A stretch of 42,655 bases of DNA from an uncultured Pseudomonadota bacterium. GTDB taxonomy: Bacteria; Babelota; Babeliae; Babelales; CAZZPM01. The stretch's first letter is position 1. The number at the start of each line of letters is the position of its first letter. Shown one piece after another: positions 9,501-17,471 of the stretch. Under the pieces are notes generated by a model. That model did not search any database. It had not been told where the DNA came from and saw only the letters and a program-made list of their open reading frames with translations. The stretch is taken from NCBI GenBank assembly GCA_964655535.1, contig CAZZPM010000001.1, forward strand, positions 1 to 42,655. The letters are read 5' to 3'. The position numbers were made by a program, and so were the translations under genes.

Positions 9501-11127
9501 TTACTGTAAATCCAAGTCGCTGTAAATCAACCGAAGAATTTCCAGCAATTTTAAATCCATTCTCACGCTTCGTCCATCGATAAGGAGTCATATCAAAAGA
9601 ATTAGCTGGTTCAATTTCTGAATCTTGAAATAAATCACCCTTCATCACTTGAAGTCCATCATCAGATAATTCCCCACCAAGTGCAACAACTTGAGCCTTC
9701 GATGTTATTGCAATACTTGCTAATGTTCCAGAAACAGGATTCCATCGTTGAAAATCTTTACTTGATATTAAACGTTGTGGAGCATAATCAGCACCAAGAA
9801 TAACAATATTGTCCATATCACCAACAGAAATAGAGGATGCTTTTAAACTATAATTAGGAATTGTCCATGCAGCATCACGCAATAAATATAAAGTTCCATC
9901 ATCACCAACAACCCAAACGGTTCCATCAACGCCAACAGAAACTTGTTTTGGATATCCATTGGGCAAATCAGACATTTCTTTCCATGTGTTACCAGTTCGT
10001 GTAACAACTTTCTTGTTTGTCGTGATTCCCCATATATTTTTTGCATTTGCACAAGCAACCATAGCAAGCGATATGCTATTATCAGGAATCCATCGAGCTT
10101 TACGCCAATCATATGTAAAGCAAATGCCATTTTGATTAACTGCATATGTTGTTTGATCTTCACCAATTGCGATTGATTTAAAAGGAGTTACTTCTCGATT
10201 ATTAGTATCTCGGACTGATAATAATTTCCATCCTTTACTAGAGTTATTAATATAAAAAATATTTCCTTTAGCACCCAGAAGTAAAATATGATCTCCTTGT
10301 GCAGCAATTTCAAAACCAAGCCCACCAAATAAAGATTTAAAATTTTCTGGATATACAGGGTTAGCAACAACTTCAATTTTAAATGCTGCAGCATCAGTTG
10401 CTCGTGCCAATTGCACGGGAGTACCTACACGTAAAGTACCATCAGGCGTTGAATGCATGCCAATCCAAGGATCTGCCCATTCTTTCCCTTGAGCATCTCC
10501 TTTTAATTTTGATTTCAAAAGAGGATCTGCTTCAAACATTTCACGATTAAAACGATTACCAACCTCAAGCCAACTTTTTGTCCATGCATTTTTTAACCAA
10601 ATTGTATCGGGTCGATCTGGATCTGCAAGCATTTCCCATTGAGCCCATAACTGATTTTCTTGATTAACAACAGCATCAGTACAAAAAACTTCTCCTGTGC
10701 CAAGCCATGCAACAACAGTAGAGCCTGCAAAAGATTTTTTATAACACGATCGAAGACCAATAATTGTTTTTCCATCATCATTAACATATTGTTGAATCAT
10801 AAAATGACATGCTGTATCATCAGGATTTTTTCCATCAGCTATTAAGCGAGCAATCCCATCTTGTTCAACAACACGAACATAAGGATTTCCTTCAACTTTA
10901 TTTGAACGAAGTCGAATAATACGCCCAGAAACTACTTTTGCTTGCAAATCTAACAGATCTCCCATTGCTGATTCAGCATATAATTCAGCATCAAAAGGAG
11001 TTTCATTTTTTATTTCACGAATATATGCAACTGCCTCTCCAAATTGAGTCATGCTCATGTATAATGAATGCCATGGAAACAGCAATACTCCCGTTAAAAA
11101 AAGTTTATATATACTTCTTTGATTCAT
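6508..11127 (-). CDS. Giant secreted mosaic protein (1539 aa): signal peptide, possible beta-trefoil, about six tectonin-like propeller blades, three farnesoic-acid-O-methyltransferase-N-like (PF12248-type) beta domains, glycine-zipper hydrophobic segment, helical region, polyacidic tail
   Basis: Uninterrupted 4.6-kb ORF with an N-terminal hydrophobic leader. Blade-like repeats occur at aa ~268-490 (e.g. KQVSVGVDGTVWVVGDDGTLYLL, KSIAIGEDQTTYAVNQNGICFTY, SSISVGDMDNIVILG). Three domains share a Y(E/R)I.(I/L).G...N..S.(I/V)(R/L) core followed by FW(I/V)S...G.I..G and PF..W.D: aa ~575-730, ~775-900 and ~1225-1375. Confidence 0.8.
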   Translation of the reverse strand: MNQRSIYKLFLTGVLLFPWHSLYMSMTQFGEAVAYIREIKNETPFDAELYAESAMGDLLDLQAKVVSGRIIRLRSNKVEGNPYVRVVEQDGIARLIADGKNPDDTACHFMIQQYVNDDGKTIIGLRSCYKKSFAGSTVVAWLGTGEVFCTDAVVNQENQLWAQWEMLADPDRPDTIWLKNAWTKSWLEVGNRFNREMFEADPLLKSKLKGDAQGKEWADPWIGMHSTPDGTLRVGTPVQLARATDAAAFKIEVVANPVYPENFKSLFGGLGFEIAAQGDHILLLGAKGNIFYINNSSKGWKLLSVRDTNNREVTPFKSIAIGEDQTTYAVNQNGICFTYDWRKARWIPDNSISLAMVACANAKNIWGITTNKKVVTRTGNTWKEMSDLPNGYPKQVSVGVDGTVWVVGDDGTLYLLRDAAWTIPNYSLKASSISVGDMDNIVILGADYAPQRLISSKDFQRWNPVSGTLASIAITSKAQVVALGGELSDDGLQVMKGDLFQDSEIEPANSFDMTPYRWTKRENGFKIAGNSSVDLQRLGFTVKTGSGIMPGLSLKRNPEVRGYSYEKPETDFVRGQVLKLGSLWGRGYAWLEKSLATPGKATLVFRASTKSEGDLQVVMGEKVGNECLYRIIFGGDGNKKSVVLKEGETVLENPVSVDRDPRAATLPGAYELYWVSIDNGLIMAGKGYPGSNIFMARRDAAPPVAPNGQSLVRNLGFSSFKSIDPVAIEVTEVVTMPALSFIPPGRIFIADPQSYPLKKSGTSKWLSNQWRTPGEGTFFSTIQGEGMVRVRLAIEEKDGIKEFNGYEILLSSDGPVVSQIRRHKDGKNTLVSENKLYGARFNAAQAMPFWISCNQGAISVGHGMIGENPFMVWEDQEEDMPVKYIGLTAINGQATVANVQLAPPVEIGFLDPQMSYDKQYDAFKMPTSVVVVEPVRLQMSQMGSSLRISEKSDNNSFAAGTAAGMGKSISYRFTLKTDGTAIYEQLDSGKETKQRLSTQVGAQVAQGTANVIAMMAPVFSLGGPIGIAAGLALGSGGIALAAKAGKMQAAVDYAKEKDTEYVFQEDFVKRSPTGSEVPPAMQQYLARANAELEKADLLSPETPDGFQALLKTYQNITLFANNAYVSGDDFVKRKLLDGIDQLLVYYVDQPIKMYNDLLNVIVAAYNNMYLFDKTNNDDISRRQQWALAMSDIATQLFTNANEEGVTFKGLYGLYLWFNQALPEEGRGYIEFEAKGLSDVMIALSPEAFTTMRNNDAELYELAIGAVSNRKIVIRSKNLAKTPIAVFNADDLRKDFVKNHPGSDIRKAPNGMATPREFSKYAINIHDGKVAFWHNAGDNDNIPLFEWQDPYPLLGVLSVGLSCWTTPVTFRNVRVYPSLLSDFVPADESVETDTISEEGTSEEETETTGEEDSVADEEEVVTDEENESSEGTASDDEEELTDESNQENIEVIEEPVEEEAPELEQEIFQSSGSSGVRTLIPFSAQDAQAKYLAQQQEKKAIAIAQNTVKKSVKKKVEEEESIETFDNAGLAMIAGGMRGR

Positions 11128-11154
11128 TATAAACTCCGAATTAATTTTTAATTG

Positions 11155-12060
11155 TTATTTTTTCTTTTTTGAATTTTTAGCATCTTTTTCTTCTGCTTCT
11201 AATAGTTTATTTTCATTAACAATCACTTGTAATACTTTTGGTAAAGCAACTAATTCTTCTTTTTCTTTTTTTTCATCATAACCCCATGATGAAGCATCAG
11301 GAATAATTCGATCATTATATTGACCTACTACAAATCCTGGCTTTTGCCTTACAGAAGATGCTTTTTTAAATCGTGAGCAACATGCTGTTGTTTCTATATC
11401 CCATCCAGCTTGTAATTCTTTAATTGTTTTTACAACAGGCGCATCCTCATATCCTTGCCTTAGAATACGAATATCTTTTGAAATAAGTAGTTTTTTCCAT
11501 AATTCATTGAGACGTTTTTGTATCTCTGGATTTTTTTCTACCTTAATATTGTTTGAATCAAGCGCAACAACAGTCCATAGCTGAAAATTTCTTGTTACAT
11601 CGACAACATTGGGGAGACGTCCATAGCGAGCATGTACAACTTGAAAAGGATTAGAAAAACGAGGAATACTCAATTTATTCTCACTCCAAGAGAATTGTTT
11701 TTTTGTTCCATCAGCAAATAAGAAAACAGCTAGACAGGCTTTTTTTTTTTTCCACGGATTAGACTGAAATAAAAAATTAGTCCAATTTTTACCAGATTTT
11801 GGATATCCTTTATTGCCCCAATTGATAAAATATGACAACAATCGATTAAAATCATTAGTAATATCTGTTCCATCTAAAAATGCTGATAAAACCCTACCTT
11901 TTTCAACAGTAATTACCGGTGGTTGCGCATTATTGATAGTAACTGAAACCGAAGTAGGAAGACTAGCTGAAACATTCGTTTGAACATTTTGCCGAGCTGC
12001 ACAAAGCAAAGAAAATAAATTTAAAATGAAAACAAAAAAATATTTGTCTATGTTTCGCAT
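11155..12060 (-). CDS. Secreted hypothetical protein (301 aa) with Lys-rich C-terminus, immediately upstream of the giant gene
   Basis: Signal-peptide-like N-terminus (YFFVFILNLFSLLCAA). GGGGG RBS lies 6 nt upstream of ATG 12060, and a 27-nt gap separates it from the downstream giant ORF. No family recognised. Confidence 0.6.
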   Translation of the reverse strand: MRNIDKYFFVFILNLFSLLCAARQNVQTNVSASLPTSVSVTINNAQPPVITVEKGRVLSAFLDGTDITNDFNRLLSYFINWGNKGYPKSGKNWTNFLFQSNPWKKKKACLAVFLFADGTKKQFSWSENKLSIPRFSNPFQVVHARYGRLPNVVDVTRNFQLWTVVALDSNNIKVEKNPEIQKRLNELWKKLLISKDIRILRQGYEDAPVVKTIKELQAGWDIETTACCSRFKKASSVRQKPGFVVGQYNDRIIPDASSWGYDEKKEKEELVALPKVLQVIVNENKLLEAEEKDAKNSKKKK

Positions 12061-12206
12061 CTAAACCCCCTTTTTTTTAAAAACAATTTAAAATCTTTGT
12101 AACACAATACATGAAAAATAACGGCTAAAACAAGTCTTTAAAGAAAACTTATTGAGCCTTCTCATTTTTGCTTGACAACTTTTATATCCATTGATACGAT
12201 CCAAGA

Positions 12207-12321
12207 CATAAATATAAAAAATGGGTTTTTTTAAAAAATTTAAAATCCCTAAATGAACAATACTCTATGTATTGTTCGCCCCCCAACCCTCCAGCTTTTC
12301 GTAGTTGGAGGGTATTTTTTT
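12207..12321 (+). ncRNA. Candidate small RNA (about 115 nt) defined by an orphan sigma70-like promoter and an orphan intrinsic terminator
   Basis: TTGACA (12172-12177), 17-nt spacer, TACGAT (12195-12200) on the plus strand. An internal hairpin GAACAATA/TATTGTTC sits at 12255-12277 and a terminator hairpin plus T-run at 12287-12321. No plus-strand ORF of 60 aa or more lies here, and both flanking genes are on the minus strand. Confidence 0.25.
12287..12321 (+). terminator. Rho-independent terminator-like hairpin plus T-run, plus-strand orientation
   Basis: CCCTCCA (12287-12293), loop, TGGAGGG (12306-12312), then TATTTTTTTTG. In the minus orientation the hairpin is followed by TTGGGGGG, so it is canonical only for a plus-strand transcript. 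Confidence 0.45.
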
Positions 12322-12338
12322 GTCATACTTTTAGATGC

Positions 12339-13874
12339 TTATCGCACCGCAGAAATATATGTTTGTAATAACTGCTTCCAACGCGTTGTTTTACCAAAAA
12401 CAGAATTTTGATACGTCGAATGTAAAGAGTTTCGTGGCCAATACATTGACAATCCTGATGCTTTCAAAGGATTACATCCGTGCACATTACTAATCACGCT
12501 TTCAATCACAAGCTGTTGAACATAATCAATTGCTTTTTGTAAAAAAATCACATCATCAGCAATTTCTGCCAATTTTTTAAATCGACTTACACGATCTTTA
12601 ATATTTTGTAAGGTATGTATAATATCAATATAATCACGATTAAAAAACGTTGTAGTCATTTTTCTACTGACACGAACAGCGTATAACATTTCAATAATCT
12701 CTTCACCATATTCACTATCAATTAATCTTAATAATGCAGCTGCAACATCATTCATTGCTAATTTTAATGCATATATTTTTTCTAAATTCAAAGCTGATAA
12801 GGTAAAATCAGCAAAAACATCTTTATATTCTTCTGCATATGCCTGTGTAATGGCAATAGCAAGTTTTTCTGAAGATAAAATTGACGCAGCAAGTTTTTTC
12901 AAAATTTTATTATAAGGAAGCCCATTTCCTGGAACAATCTCTTCTGATGCAACCATATATTTAGCTGAAAAATTAACCTGGCAGGCTATTTCAATCATGC
13001 TCATGAGGCAAGCATCAAATGCAATAATATCTATTTCACGTCCACCCAAAAGATCGTCTTGAATCCGTTCAATAACTTCAGTCAAATCAGTATTAGTCAA
13101 ATAAACTGAATGCTCTTCATTGAAAGCAATCCCTCTCTCGTTATCAATTGTTTCATTGCTTTCAATGTCATCAACTATTCCCATTTTTGTTAGAGGACGT
13201 AATTCAAGAAGACCAGTATTTTCATTAAAATTGAAAACATTTGAATCACGATCAAAAAACCAATTACGATCCCACATATGCGGATCAATTGCCCCTGATC
13301 CATGATTCCATAAAACAAGACAGATTTTTTTAGCAGGAAAATTTTGTATTCCCCACTCAAAAAAACGATATAAACTTTCTTGAGTACCACTAATAAATTC
13401 TTCAGTTGGCTCATGTTCTTCTAAAATTTTAATCTTTTTTTTGCCAACATAAACACGAGTAATCTCATCTTTACCCGATTCATCTACTTGAGCAATAACA
13501 TGAACATTCTGGCTCGAGCCTTCTTCACTCATACTTTTAAGATTTAATTTAACAAATTTCTGTAAATTGTTCTGACCTGCAATATAAACCATAAAAAGCC
13601 ATTCGCGCGGCTGCGATTCTTTAAAGTCATCGCTTTCTATTGTTACTGTTGGAGCTGTTATTGAAATTGATGTTGCTTGATTTATCTCTTCTGTAAAAGG
13701 CTTTTCTTCTACAGTTGTTGTTATACTTGCCTCACGAACAGAAAGTGGCACTTCTATAAAATCAATCTCTTTTTGCAATAAACGCAACATTGATCCAATC
13801 GCTGTTTCATTGCCAAAAAGCTGACTACTAAATAGTAGTATCAAAAAATAATAAAAAAAATAGATGTTCTTCAT
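12339..13874 (-). CDS. Secreted clostripain-like cysteine peptidase (family C11)
   Basis: Signal peptide (YFFYYFLILLFSSQLFG). Catalytic-dyad contexts LVLWNHGSGA (His) and IIAFDACLMSMIE (Cys) are typical of C11. AGGAG RBS lies upstream of ATG 13874. Confidence 0.7.
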   Translation of the reverse strand: MKNIYFFYYFLILLFSSQLFGNETAIGSMLRLLQKEIDFIEVPLSVREASITTTVEEKPFTEEINQATSISITAPTVTIESDDFKESQPREWLFMVYIAGQNNLQKFVKLNLKSMSEEGSSQNVHVIAQVDESGKDEITRVYVGKKKIKILEEHEPTEEFISGTQESLYRFFEWGIQNFPAKKICLVLWNHGSGAIDPHMWDRNWFFDRDSNVFNFNENTGLLELRPLTKMGIVDDIESNETIDNERGIAFNEEHSVYLTNTDLTEVIERIQDDLLGGREIDIIAFDACLMSMIEIACQVNFSAKYMVASEEIVPGNGLPYNKILKKLAASILSSEKLAIAITQAYAEEYKDVFADFTLSALNLEKIYALKLAMNDVAAALLRLIDSEYGEEIIEMLYAVRVSRKMTTTFFNRDYIDIIHTLQNIKDRVSRFKKLAEIADDVIFLQKAIDYVQQLVIESVISNVHGCNPLKASGLSMYWPRNSLHSTYQNSVFGKTTRWKQLLQTYISAVR

Positions 13875-13951
13875 TTTTTTCTCCTTTTTTTAAAAAATAT
13901 GTAGCATTAAAAATTTATAAAGAAAATAGGATAAAGAGCAAGAAAACTCAA

Positions 13952-15136
13952 TTACTGATATAGATTTTTCTTAATTTTATTTTGTATATACAAAGCATAA
14001 AAAGCTTCTTGTAGTGCCAATAATGTATAGGTTAAACCAAAACTTAATTGAAAATCTAAGAAAAAAAGAATATAAGGATTATAAAATAAAAACAATGCTG
14101 CAAGAGTAACTAAAAGATGTGGCAAATGATACGGACGCTGCATTAACAATGCCATCATCAAAAGCAAAAATGACCAGACGCCTCGCATAAAAGAAACAGT
14201 GCCAGGAGTAACTAAAACATAGACAAAAATAAAGGGTGCAACAAAGTAAATCCAATTTCGTTTTCGCCCAAAAAAATAATAAAAAATTGTTTTCCAAAGA
14301 AATACAAATAACATAATGTGTAACCCTGAACGGGCTAAATAATGAATAATCCCCCAATAATTAAAAACATGTTTTAATGGATCTTGAGGCAAAACTTTAT
14401 CAATGCCCAAAAATAAAGCCCCATATAACGTGCGCGCAGGCTCTTGTAAACTTTGATATAATGTTTTTACATTCTGTCGCATGTTCAAAAAATAACCTTG
14501 CAGCATTGTTTGATTATGATGTATTAAAAAACAATGTTCAGGTTTCAAATACAACCAGCCCCATAATTGTTCTTTAGCTAGATAAAGATCAAATTCTTTT
14601 TTTTGATGAAAATGTATTTTTTTTGATTCTTTAGTAATTAAAATATAATCACCTTCCTGATATTGTGCTGATTTTGAAATAGTACAACGAACATATCCAG
14701 ACAGCCACAAAATTTGATCATCAATACTATCAATTTTTAAAACATAGATTTGCAACCATTTTTTATCTGCTATCGATTGAATATCAATGATCGTTGCTAA
14801 TATTTTTTCTGCTCTTGCAATAGAAATCCGATGCTGTTGATAAAGCCATTGATGTCCTTGCATTACAACCAATCCCATACAAAAAGAACTCAGAATAAAA
14901 AAAAATCGATATTTTTTTTGCCCTATAAAAAATATAGTTAGCCCAGAACAGAGCCACGCACCCAGAAAAATCTCTGACCATGGTCGATAAAATCCAAATA
15001 AAATTCCAAAAACAAATGCCCAAAAACAAATGCCAACAAAAAAGATTTTTCGCTCATGTACCATACTATTTATTTTCGATGCTGCTTCATAACTTAAAAT
15101 ATAAAAATCTTGCACTCCTTTCATTCCATTTTTCAT
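13952..15136 (-). CDS. ComEC/Rec2-family membrane protein, short form (N-terminal OB-like part plus competence channel domain, no metallo-beta-lactamase domain)
   Basis: 394-aa polytopic ORF. WGIIHYLARSGLHIMLFVFL resembles the ComEC HLLAISGLH motif. The ORF ends directly after the last TM helices. Confidence 0.6.
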   Translation of the reverse strand: MKNGMKGVQDFYILSYEAASKINSMVHERKIFFVGICFWAFVFGILFGFYRPWSEIFLGAWLCSGLTIFFIGQKKYRFFFILSSFCMGLVVMQGHQWLYQQHRISIARAEKILATIIDIQSIADKKWLQIYVLKIDSIDDQILWLSGYVRCTISKSAQYQEGDYILITKESKKIHFHQKKEFDLYLAKEQLWGWLYLKPEHCFLIHHNQTMLQGYFLNMRQNVKTLYQSLQEPARTLYGALFLGIDKVLPQDPLKHVFNYWGIIHYLARSGLHIMLFVFLWKTIFYYFFGRKRNWIYFVAPFIFVYVLVTPGTVSFMRGVWSFLLLMMALLMQRPYHLPHLLVTLAALFLFYNPYILFFLDFQLSFGLTYTLLALQEAFYALYIQNKIKKNLYQ

Positions 15137-15164
15137 GCTAAAGAAAATTAATGAAAAGGCAAAA

Positions 15165-16409
15165 ATGAACTTTTTTTCTCATAAAATCAAAAAAATTGAG
15201 GCGCGATTCATTTTAGATTCGCGCGGATTTCCGACTATTTCCTGCGCGATGACTCTTTCATCAGGAGAGGTTGTTCATGCCAGCGTACCAACAGGCGCTT
15301 CAACAGGAAACTCCGAAGCAACACCTTTATATGATCAGAATGCAAAACTATTTCAAGGTAAAGGAGTTTTTAAAGCTGTTGAAATTATCAATACAAAAAT
15401 TAATGCTGCATGCAACAACAAAAAGCCATATCTTGACTCTATTGACCAACTATTAAAAGAACTTAATGCTGATCAAAATATTGGAAGTAATAGTATGTTA
15501 GCCATTTCTTTGGCAACACTCAAAGCAGAAGCATTACTTGGAAAACAACAACTCTACCAATATATTGCCCAGAAAACAAAAAATAATATTGTCCAGATGC
15601 CCCGCATTATTGCCAATGTTATCAATGGCGGACTCCATGCTGAAAATGGCATTATCTTTCAAGAATTTTGCTTGATAAATAAAGAAGGTTCATTTTCTCT
15701 AGAATCATTTTTTCAAATCATTGAACTCTATCATAATCTTAAAGCAGATCTTCAGCAAAAAAAAATCCCCCTTGCTGTTGGAGATGAAGGCGGGTTTGCC
15801 GCTTTTTGCACAACTCCTTCAACGGAAGAAATACTACAGTTACTTACTCAAATCATCAGCCAAAACAATTACACTTCAAGCATTGGACTTGGTATTGATG
15901 CTGCTGCTTCAACTTTTTATGATGCAAGCACAAAAAATTATTTCCTTGGAAACCAACAAAAAAATGCTACAACATTAACAGAATTCTACCAAAACATTAT
16001 TGCTCACTATGATCTCTTAATGCTTGAAGATCCCTTTTCTGAAGATGATACACATGCATGGCCGATACTTACTGAGCAATCAAAGAATACAAAAATTATT
16101 GGCGATGATCTGTACACCTCACATGAAAACCTTCTCAAAAAAGGTATTCAAGAAAAGAGTACTCATGGACTTATTATTAAGCCAAACCAAGTTGGGCTTA
16201 TGTCAGAAATCTTTAAAACTATTAAATGCGCCAAACAAAACAATCAAGTTATTATTGTTTCACATCGATCAGGAGAAACACTTGACTCATCTATCGTTGA
16301 TCTTGCTGTAGGAATAGGTGCCTGGGGAATAAAAATCGGAGCTCCCGCTCGAGGAGAACGAATCGTCAAATATAATCGGTATCTTGAAATACTCAAAATG
16401 TTCACCTAA
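15165..16409 (+). CDS. eno: Enolase (phosphopyruvate hydratase)
   Basis: ARFILDSRGFPT, GASTG, INGGLHA, GDEGGFA, LEDPF, GDDLY, IKPNQVG, SHRSGET and KYNR motifs occur in canonical order. Start set at ATG 15165 (MNFFSHKIKKIEARF...), which matches normal enolase N-termini. ATG 15135 is the alternative. Confidence 0.9.
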   Translation: MNFFSHKIKKIEARFILDSRGFPTISCAMTLSSGEVVHASVPTGASTGNSEATPLYDQNAKLFQGKGVFKAVEIINTKINAACNNKKPYLDSIDQLLKELNADQNIGSNSMLAISLATLKAEALLGKQQLYQYIAQKTKNNIVQMPRIIANVINGGLHAENGIIFQEFCLINKEGSFSLESFFQIIELYHNLKADLQQKKIPLAVGDEGGFAAFCTTPSTEEILQLLTQIISQNNYTSSIGLGIDAAASTFYDASTKNYFLGNQQKNATTLTEFYQNIIAHYDLLMLEDPFSEDDTHAWPILTEQSKNTKIIGDDLYTSHENLLKKGIQEKSTHGLIIKPNQVGLMSEIFKTIKCAKQNNQVIIVSHRSGETLDSSIVDLAVGIGAWGIKIGAPARGERIVKYNRYLEILKMFT

Positions 16410-16643
16410 ATGGCCTTAAATACGGCAATTAAAATATTTTTTTATTTTATTTTATCAAAAATTTAGTATACTGTTTATTAAGTATAATTATGAACAACAA
16501 ATAAAATACAAGCTTTTTTTAGCGTTTTTTTAATGAAAAGATAAAAAATAAGGTTCAAGTGGCTTTGTTTGAAAAAAATGCATATAATAAAAGAATTATG
16601 TAAAATTTTTTTATAAGTTTATTTTATTCTAAATGGAGTTCCC

Positions 16644-17423
16644 GTGAGCAAAATAGCATTATTAATTGAACAAACTATGTTTCTTGTTGCCGTAGAAAAA
16701 CAAGCTTTTCTTGCGGTTAAAGCAAAAATGAATACCTTGCTTGCAAGGATACAGGAAAAACTTACTCAATACAAAGACCAAGAAAGCAGAGAAACATTAG
16801 AATCAATTGCAAAAAACATTCAAACACAACTCACAGAAATGGAAACAGACATGCAAGAAGATGTTTCTTTTTTAGAAACGCAATTGCATACAATGCAAGA
16901 AATTAGCAAAATTGAAGATGCAACACGTCGCGAAGAACTTTCTCACTTAGTTTTAGCTGAAGCAGGTGAACTACTTTCTATGATTGATTTCAAAAAACAG
17001 GTCGAAGAACAATCAATTTCAGCACAAGAAGATTTTTTTTCTATGATTGAAGACATGGAAAATGCAATTCAAGAAGGAAAAGAAGAAGAGCTCTTGTTGC
17101 TCATGGAATCAATGGACGATGAAATCTGTTGTGACGATGAAAGTTGTGAAAATGAATGCGAAGAGAATGAATGCTCTAATGAATCCTGCGAAGGTGAGTG
17201 CGATGAATGCACCTTAAATGACAATGGATGCTGTGATGACGAAGAATGTGATAATGAAAACTCTGATATAGACGCTCATACAAAAGAAACTTTTACTCAT
17301 GATCTTGAAAAAGATTTACACAAAATTCAAACCATGGAAACTAGAAAATGTTGTCGTTCTGATGAAGATTGCCAAGGCAACTGCCGTTGCAAAGGAAAAG
17401 GAAATTGCAAATCTGATGCTTAA
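16644..17423 (+). CDS. Cytoplasmic acidic protein: Cys-free helical N-terminal 161 aa plus C-terminal 98 aa carrying 17 Cys in acidic CxxxC/CC repeats
   Basis: GTG start with a GGAG sequence 6 nt upstream. Cys clusters lie at aa 162-202 (nt 17127-17249: CCDDESCENECEENECSNESCEGECDECTLNDNGCCDDEEC) and aa 236-255 (nt 17349-17408: CCRSDEDCQGNCRCKGKGNC). No signal peptide, and no family recognised. Confidence 0.6.
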   Translation: MSKIALLIEQTMFLVAVEKQAFLAVKAKMNTLLARIQEKLTQYKDQESRETLESIAKNIQTQLTEMETDMQEDVSFLETQLHTMQEISKIEDATRREELSHLVLAEAGELLSMIDFKKQVEEQSISAQEDFFSMIEDMENAIQEGKEEELLLLMESMDDEICCDDESCENECEENECSNESCEGECDECTLNDNGCCDDEECDNENSDIDAHTKETFTHDLEKDLHKIQTMETRKCCRSDEDCQGNCRCKGKGNCKSDA

Positions 17424-17471
17424 GTATCATCAGATAAATAATAAAAATCTTGCATAAACACAGCATATTCT

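Noticed and set aside
12221-12256. 11-codon mini-ORF (MGFFKKFKIPK) inside the candidate sRNA
   Set aside because: It has no Shine-Dalgarno sequence and is too short to evaluate, so I do not call it a CDS. It is mentioned only because it lies between the orphan promoter and terminator.
15135-15164. 10-codon extension of enolase, giving a back-to-back start with comEC
   Set aside because: Canonical enolases begin about 10 residues before the (A)R.I.DSRG motif, which fits ATG 15165. It is kept as an alternative only.
16545-16575. GGTTCAAGT, a T-loop-like string suggesting a tRNA
   Set aside because: The flanking sequence cannot form acceptor, D or anticodon stems and is almost pure A/T. No tRNA-like cloverleaf was found in any intergenic gap.
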